From Carcharhinus amblyrhynchos (taxonomy: Eukaryota): DNA of 64,000 bases. Location of the stretch: NCBI GenBank assembly GCA_965287045.1, contig OZ336885.1, positions 62,248,001-62,312,000 on the forward strand. The letters run 5' to 3'. The translations under genes and the position numbers were made by a program. Numbering within the stretch: position 1 is the first letter of the stretch; the number at the start of each line of letters is the position of its first letter. A model generated the notes under the pieces. That model made no database searches. It was not told the DNA's origin and saw only the letters and a program-made list of their open reading frames with translations. This document shows, piece after piece, positions 55,525 through 64,000 of the stretch.

Positions 55525-58500
55525 TTAGCAAAAAAAAATCTCTTTGTGATCAGAGTTCTGCGATTTACCTGGACGCTTGTGCCAACATGATTCATTTGGA
55601 ATGTACCTGAAGGAAATGTTCGGTTGCCAATGTATCAATAAATAGAACATATTTCCCCTACGCGAACGTGTGAGCCACGCAATTACCTCTGCATACTTAT
55701 AGGCAGTTAGCACATATCTCGTGGCTCATGCCAATAATCTCTTGGTTCAGACATTATTATCGTTTCTGTTACGTTACTTAATTTGGTTCCTGGCTGCTCG
55801 TATTCCTTCAGTATAACAACAATCCATATTTTCATCCCTCTTCAGTTCTCTGAGCATTATCTTGGACGTTCTGAACACTTGCAGTGGCCAGCCAATATGA
55901 ACAGAATCTCCATCAGGGCCAAAGTGTACAGTGTCTATGCCTCAGACTAACAGATCACTAATTAAGTTATAATTCACCTTTCTAACCCGACCTGAATTTT
56001 TTTCCGATATCAGGACATTATGCTCAGATTTATGCAAACAGATTCCACGAAACACAATACGTTTTGTCATGGACAAGGGCGAAGTCTCCTGGGACGCATG
56101 CCTGTGGATCTCTCTAAATGCTTGAATTGTAATCGCTGCATCCTTCCCATGACTACTTGCCGAATTCATGGTGGTTATTCCTTGTGGTTTGATTGTCTTC
56201 TGAAACATAGCATCAATAGAACTCTCCCCTTACCTGACGCATCACCATATCTGTGGATCTGGCACCAAATCAAGATTCTTAACCACAGTTCCTCGATAAT
56301 GCAACACCTGCATAATGCCTACTCATGCGGAACGGTGATGGTGTACAGAAGTTTCATATGGTTCACGTACAGATCGTCAACTGACCCCGAATCAATACTT
56401 TGATTATGTTTCAATTTGCTATTAAAGTTTATCCGTTTTTATTTACTTTCTTATAAATCATCTATTCAACTTTAATCTCACAGAAATTAAGAGAGGGCGC
56501 TTTAAATTCAGTTCACTTCAACCAATGTATTTACAGTTTTCCTTTGATGGCACTCTGGTGCTCACTTCGTTGCGTCGTCTCATTGTGCCCGACTATCTGG
56601 ATCTGCAATATATCAGGGTGGTTTTGCTCTATAATTTAGCTTGGCCTTGGAATGTCCCTATCGACAAACTTTCTACAACAAGATAATGTCTATTGTTTCT
56701 TAATCTGAGACAGAAAGGTATTCAACTCCGCCTGTCCAATTGTACAATTGATTCAAACGAGTTCCATGGCATTACAGGTTAAAACAAAATACATAACGAG
56801 AAAAACAGAAACGAATTATTGCTGCTCTGTCCACAGGGTGAGTGCTGCCTGACGGTGTGAGAGTGTTTTTGGAGTTTGACTGGGACATGTTTTTTTTTCT
56901 CTCTCTGGAGCATAGGAGGCTCTTTCAGAATGTCATAATATAACGAAGGGGACAGATCAGCAAGATAGTCAGTATCTTTGTCCGACGGTAGTGGAGTCTA
57001 AAACAAGTGGGCATAGGTTTAGGGTGAGAAGGGCGACAAGCAAAAGTGTCCAGAAGGACAATTTCTTTCCACAGAGGGGGAAAATGCCTGAAACAAGCTA
57101 TCAGAGGTAATGGTAGGAAGGGTGCAATTTTGTGTTTTAAAAAACATTCAGAAATTTGCATGGGTAAGATGCGTATTCAGGGATAAGGACCAAATACGGG
57201 CAATTGGGATTAGTTTAGTGTTTAAAAAGGCCGACATGGACAAGTTGGGCCGAATGGCCTGTTTCCATTTAGTTAACGTTTATGACACTATGACTCTCTG
57301 ACAGAATGCTATGACATGTGTTTCAGAGCTGGAAAGGTTCAATGAAGTTTTAAGATCAGCGGGTACGTATTGAATAATGATTGCATGCCTCGTTACAAGG
57401 AAATCGATATGTTCTTTTCATTTTTCAACGAACTTTAAGTGATTATTACTAAGAAGTGAAGCAATTGTTCCGTAAGAATTAATCTCTACCATCAGAATAA
57501 TTTTCGAATTTTTCCAGTGTTAAAAACATACGTTCATGTTTAGATTCAGTTATTGTATTCAAAACAAATTCTGAGTTAGATAGTGCATTGCTTTAAACAA
57601 TAAGAACAGCTGATTCTGACGCACAGTAAAACCACATGATTTTGTCCGGCCGATTGGCAGACTCTATGTGAATGACGCACTCAATGTAACAGTCAGCCGA
57701 GGAGGCATTTCAAGAGGGATGCGAAGGAGGCCCGACCTATGAAAGTGAAACAGAGCATGAAGATGGGAACGGATGTGCTATTGGACAGTTAAGTGTTCAG
57801 TATGTTGAAGTGCATGGCCTGATTATTTTAAATTTCTGGGCGAGTGCCATGTCGAACAGGTGAGTAGAAATGGCCAATCTGCAGTTTAACAAAATGCAGA
57901 ATCTGTTATAAACGAGCAAGTCAACAGAACAAGGCATCTTTGACATAAACCGAAACAACACGTGTGCTTCGCCGGACGGAAATAAAAAATATCTGTCGAA
58001 TGATCAAAACCACTTGTCAGCTGTGGAGTTCAGGTATATCCATCTCACTCCACTGTGATTGCGACAGCGTACAGGTTGTGTATTGTTGGGGGAGATGTAA
58101 TTATAAATTGCCGTCCTACGCAGAGAATACCAAAAAGAACAATACTGAACAGAATTTCTGTTTTTGGATCAATGTTCGAACAGCCACATAGGAGTGCTGA
58201 ATCTGCGATTGGACGGGTACTCAGTATTCTGGGAATGCGCCCGCGGCGTTGGGTTATTAATAGAGATTAACACCAGTGGCATTGGTAAAAATTGGAGATG
58301 CTAAATAAAGATGATGCTTTTCTTTTCGAAAATTAACAAGTAGGCTCTTGAAGGTAGTCCTAATGAACTTCCAAATCTATACATGAATCATTGAACGGAA
58401 AGTTTATGGCATATTAAGAATAATTCGTCAGTTGTTGACAAGGGAGTAAGTATAGAAGTGTCGATTTTCCGAGTGTTTGCGGTAATGGTCCTATCATTAG

Positions 58501-61292
58501 GCATGTAGTCTTAAATGAAGCGTTATACAGCGTTTCGATTCCAAACGCGGCAGGTGGTGCAATTCGGATTAAATAGAAATGTTAAGTTAGAATTCTAACT
58601 ATGACCAATAAAACAGTATGTACTGGCATAGCATTCCATCTGGTTTGCAATGCATAGTCGGACCTATGGTTAAAATGCGTAATGTGATGTACACCAACGC
58701 AGTTGGTGTACTACCACGAAACGCTGACGCTTGTTTTTCATACTTCAATCAGCTCTGTGATATGTGGAACATTTAAGGTCAGCTATTCAATTTAAGCAGG
58801 CTTGGGCCAATTTAGTACCAGCGTGATTTAGTGTTTCAGTGAAGAATGACTCAACAAAAATTAACATTCACGGCACACAAATGCTAGCACCAAAACGAAG
58901 CACCGTAACAACTCTCCCTTCACATTCAGTGATAGTACATCACTGAATTCCCCATATCAACATATTGGTGTTACCAATGGCCAGAATCTCAACTGGACTC
59001 ACCACATTAATACAGTAACTACACAGCGCTCAGTGGCGAGGAATACTTCGGCGAGTAACTCATCTCCAGACTCCCCAAGTCCTATCCACCAAGTCGCAAG
59101 TCAAGATTGTGATGGAATACGCCCTTTTTATCTGGATGGGTGCAACTCCAAAAACACTCAAGGTGCTTGACGTCATCCAGGATAAAAAAAAAGCCTACTT
59201 GATGGCAAAGTATGTACAAACTTCAGTCCCTCCACCACCTACGCTCAGTAGCGGCAGTGCCACTGACGAAAAGACGCACTATAGCAATTCCCAAAGATTT
59301 TTCGGTGGAACCTTCCAAACCCACGACCACTTCCATCCAGAAGGACAAGGGCGGGAGATACATGGGGAAACCACCACCTGCACGTTCCAGTTCAAGCCAC
59401 TCTTGGAATAATATAGCCGTTCTTTCACAGTGGCTGGCTGAAAATCTTGCAGTTCCCTTCATAACGGCATTGTAGTTCAATTTGCAATACGAAGACTGCA
59501 ACAATTCATGAAGGCAGATCAGTTCCACGTTCCCAAGGGCGACTAGGGATGGACAGTAAATGCTGGGCAGTCAGCGACGCCCATGTCCCAGTAATGAAGA
59601 AAGACATGGCAAAAAATAAAATCAGAAGGAAGACTTGCAATAAATCGATTATCAAAATATACTGCATAATTAACATATTTTTTCAAAGATTGTGTTTTAT
59701 TTTCGCAGGATAATTTGAACCGTGTCGCCTGGCCATGGGTGCTGAGCTCTGTGAATATGTTAAAACTGAAGCTTTTCTTCCAATATTTCCTGCAGGTTGC
59801 CGCAATCACATTCTACACGCCAAACCAGTAACCACGCAACTTTCCACGATGCAGAATACATCGTGATGCTCATGTATCAATTGTTCATTATGAAAGAAAA
59901 AACATTTGCTCTTGTTTCTTTTAAGTTTATTAGAAATTAATTCAAAAGGCATAGCTTCGGGTAGAAACCCTGAAGAATCCGTTTGGAAGATGTGTAAGTT
60001 TGAGTGATGGTTAACGAAACCTTCTCAAGTAATTACAGTTCCACTGATGTAGGAATGAGAAAGCGTTGGGATGAGTTTCCAAAAAAAAGTGGAAACTATG
60101 TTAATATGCTGTTGTTGATTGTTGCTTAATTTCCGTTGAACGCAATTGCACTGTATCACTTGAACCTATAGATACCAAGTTGTGCAGTGGACGGGATTTC
60201 TCAATTTGTTGTACATTTTCCATGTAACCAAACTTTAGCTTCCAATTTTAATGCGTCTCTCGAGATTGTTCATGTTGATGAGAACATTTTCTGTTACGTT
60301 ACCCGATTCAGAATTACTTCATTGGCATCGTTTCCAGAATGAATCATTAGATCTGATAACCCAATCCGAAACAATTATTCTAGATCAAATAACTCATGGA
60401 TATCTCATTCGACATAGATACACTGGCATTGCTCGATGTGAAATCTGACATCATCTTTTTTTTGCTGGACAGAGATGACGATCCAATCATCTCCAGTTGC
60501 AAAAAAAAATACACGTTTTATGTGATCACTCCAAAATGGAGTTCAGTCTTCAGTAGTCTTTACAATCTCACAGGCCAGCCAGGTACACCCATCATAAGTT
60601 TACCCAGTGGGCATTTATGCACATTCTGATATAATGAACGGCACTTTTCCAGTCGATTTGATTTGAATCAGCAAAGCTCTGACTCAGTCCAATGTTACCA
60701 TTTTATTCCACAATGCAATCGTTTATTTCTCGATTGTAACCCAGGAAGTTGTTTTGCTGAGGTAAAGTCCAGGGAACACAGAATATTTCAGCATCGTGTT
60801 CTCATAATGCTAAGCCATCAGCCACTGCACTAGCCTTTTATGCAGTATCTTTGCAGGAGTAAAGACGACAGGTCGTACTTCTGAAAAAAAAAGTCACACA
60901 TCATTATGGAACAGCGCAACAAAAGCCATGAAATGCTATCTCTTTGTTGCAATTCGGTACAACTCGAAGTAACTGATTTGAGTTAGGACCAGATGAAATG
61001 CCTGTACAGGAGAAACAATATAACAAATACGTCATTGAATGTGTTTTCAGATTTATTATGCCCAAGATCGAAATGTGATTTCTTCTCAAATGGCACAATT
61101 TGATCCAGATGAAGTTGGAGCAGCACACCTCGTACCGAATTTACTTACAGAATTGCGACATCATTTATGAGGAGAAATATTGCCAAATTAATTTCGAAAA
61201 AAAAAACAAATCATTAACTTTCTTGTAAGTACCGACTGCTAGATATGAAGCTGCACAATGCCAAATGAAGATTCCGCAATTCCCCGATTATT

Positions 61293-61862
61293 GCGGCTGG
61301 AGTACTGTGTGCAGTTTTGGGCACCGCACCTGTGCAAGGATATTTTGGCCCTGGAGGGAGTGCAGGGGAGGTTTACTAGGCTGATACCGGAGTTGAGGGG
61401 GTTGAGCTATGAGGAGAGGCTGAATAAACTAGGCTTGTACTCGCTAGAGTTTAGAAGAATGAGGGGAGATCTCATTGAGACGTATAAGATGATGAATGGG
61501 ATGGATAGGATAGAGGTGGAGAGACTCTTCCCGCTCAAAAAAGACAGTAGGACTAGGGGGCACAGCCTCAAGATAAAGGGGAGGCGGTTTAGAACGGAGT
61601 TGAGGAGGAACTTCTTCACTCAAAGGGTGGTGAATCTCTGGAATTCTCTGCCCGTTGAAGTGGTGGAGGCTGCCTCGCTAAATATTTTTAAGAAGCGGGT
61701 TGATGGGTTTTTGATAAGAGAGGGGATTAAGGGTTATGGGGAGAGGGCGGGAAAGTGGAACTGAGCCACAACAGATCAGCCATGATCTTATTGAATGGCG
61801 GGGCAGGCTCGAAGGGCTAGATGGCCTACTCCTGCTCCTATTTCTTATGTTCTTATGTTCTT
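61293..61862 (+). mobile_element. Young CR1 3' fragment, copy-B-specific
   Basis: Intact ORF2 C-terminus (LEYCVQFWAPHL...GKWN*) and (TTCTTATG)n tail; empty site near 45562. Confidence 0.95.
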
Positions 61863-64000
61863 AAATACCTGTCAGAAATACATGCACTACTGGAAACTAG
61901 CAAAACAAATAGAAACATAGAAACAAAATAGCTTTCCTGTTTTGAGGTGCACATTTCTGGCATTCTCCGTGGAACATTGCGTGCGTATATTTTATTTACG
62001 TTAAACCTTCTGCCACGTTGTAATGAATATACAAACCGGCAGTCATGGGATTAATATTTATTTCCCCCCTTCGCACACAGTTCCATGATTTTCATTATTG
62101 ATATACTTTGATTCTCACAACAGTTTGAAACACCAATTATTTAAGGAATTGTACTTTTTATCAATAATGACATCATTCATGGGTCCCAAATGCACTGTTC
62201 CATTGCGCTTCACCAGGCTCATCCTGCCCCATGTGCATGTATTGAGATTTATTTTTCACAGATTTTGCTGTCTTTGATCAAAAGACTCCAACGTGTTCTT
62301 TCTTTTAATTGGTCGCCACTGTCGAAACGCAATGGCAGATAAAAGCAAAACTAAGGGGTAGCTCGATAAATACAGGACACTTACGGCGAAGTATACAATC
62401 TCTGGGACACACATATTTATGTCCCCCCCTTCTTCCTGAATCCCCTTTTACTTATTAGGGTGGGTGTGTGCGCGCAGATAATAAAATCTGTCCTAAGTAT
62501 TTTTATTTCACCATGCGGTTGCCAATACATTCTGAAGCAGAAGTGGCATTGGTCTGTTGGTGAGACGTTGATAATTAAAATGTGGCCGTCGAAGTGTGGG
62601 AGTGAATCTGGGATCATTAACTCATCAACGAGGTGCTAGATCCAGTATTACTGAACTACATCTGGCGCTCGGGTATTTACCCTTTCACTACTGAACAACC
62701 AACGAAGTGATAAAACCAAACATCTCGTCGATATAAATATGTTTACCTTCCGTAAATAAACTACACACGGAATGCTGAGAGATTTAAGTTGACGTCATCA
62801 AATAAGGAGCTTAAAAGTGTATGCTATGTCGAACGCCTCAGGGAGTGAAGCGGTCGATTTTCAGATGCAAAAAAAAGTCTGAAATCCATGTTCCAGCTTA
62901 GAAAGGAGTACAAAAGTGTCAAGCGAACACCATCTCGAAGTAATACAATCATGTATTCCCGTCTCACAGTGAACACGCTTTCTAACATTGGCTCCCCCAA
63001 CCATTCCCATGCAGATGCAAAAACTTGGGTTTCAAACTGCTCCTTTACTTTAAACACACACACCAAGCGATAGTCAGTAGATGCACCACTCCGCAACAAT
63101 CCAATTGACCATGCACATCACCAGAGAAAACCAAACGGTAATTCGATCAGGGAAGAAGTGACACAGTGGTATTTTCACAATACTAGAATCCAGACTCCCA
63201 AGATTAAGCCTTGGAAACTGTGTTCAATCCCCGGATGGCAGGTGGTAAAAATATAATTCAACAAATCATGTGTATTTAAAATCTAATAATGAACATAAAA
63301 TCATTGCCGATTGGCCCCCACCCCCACGCACCCACACGCACACATACAAAAAAAAAGCTGCTTCAATACACAAGTGAATTTGGCATTGATATCCAGTCTC
63401 GCCCGATGTGACTCCTGATCCGTAAAAAGACAGTTCAATATCAAGTGCCTACGGAAATGAAGAGCAAACACGAATGAACACTTAATGCTGTGCTCAGCCC
63501 ACAACGCCAACATTCGACAAAATAGCACTGCGGCCCCGATGATATTCCTAACGATGATATCACTCAGCATCCCATCCCTTCCATCGAAATAACTCTAAGC
63601 TTCTCGCTTTCCAAATATGCCACGTAAAAACCCACTGCCCTGAATGCACGAACACTACCGATCCCGCAGTCCGATTATGTGATCCACCTCACGAGAAGTG
63701 AATGACTCTAGCAGCCTTATGGATGTGCTCCAACCCCCAAACTACACAGCCCAAACAGGCGCGAGAAACTCTTTCGCACCCAAACACTTGTCAGAGCCAA
63801 CACCCGTCAAACTGAAGACTTCAAGGAACGATTACCATCGAAATAGCCCACCCAATGTCGCACCACATGATCAGATCTGCCCCCATACCCGCCACGTTGA
63901 CCGCATTCATGCCACAAATTTATTCGTGCCGGCCCTTCCTCAAATATATACTCCGAATCCTGTTGATCTCCAATCTATTGCACATCCCAACATAGCTGGC

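Larger units (their letters stand above)
49824..59866 (+). pseudogene. Copy B exons: 49824-49850 (27), 49921-50112 (192), 50222-50266 (45), 57327-57362 (36), 57429-57456 (28), 59709-59866 (terminal)
   Basis: Same lengths and positions as unit 0 and copy A; TAG in the 192-nt exon, donor GT>TT at 50267, AA acceptors shared with copy A, TAA at the start of the terminal exon. Confidence 0.65.
49455..64000. repeat. Segmental tandem duplication, copy B (truncated by the window end)
   Basis: Colinear with 28801-47691. Confidence 0.95.

Noticed and set aside
55942-56403. 127-aa ORF as a gene
   Set aside because: The homologous frame in copy A (36560-36950) has stops and there is no recognisable motif
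1-64000. CRISPR array, rRNA, true tRNA or miR-430-type cluster
   Set aside because: No repeat-spacer array; tRNA-like boxes are SINE heads; scattered AAGTGC seeds are not in repeated hairpins

Overview
Repeat-rich vertebrate DNA that looks cartilaginous-fish (shark-like), judged by HE1/V-SINE-type and SacSINE1-like SINEs and abundant CR1 LINEs. I find no intact protein-coding gene; nearly all listed ORFs are transposon debris or noise. The backbone is a tandem array of one large unit: an old diverged copy (unit 0, ~8.9-28.8 kb, split by Tx1, Gypsy and CR1 insertions), copy A (28801-~47700), a ~1.7 kb stretch without a clear counterpart in the young copies (~47.7-49.45 kb) and copy B (49455-64000, running off the window). 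Each copy carries + strand candidate micro-exons of matching length at homologous positions (27, 192/204, 45, 36, 28 nt and a terminal exon), mostly symmetric phase 1. They have stop codons and destroyed splice sites, so this is a pseudogenised family of a gene I cannot identify. Other features: a Gmr1-type Gypsy (integrase before RT), Penelope-like elements, a Tx1-like LINE, a solo LTR, two CR1 copies with a SINE domain in the 3' UTR, and two templated-insertion scars. All identity estimates are by eye.
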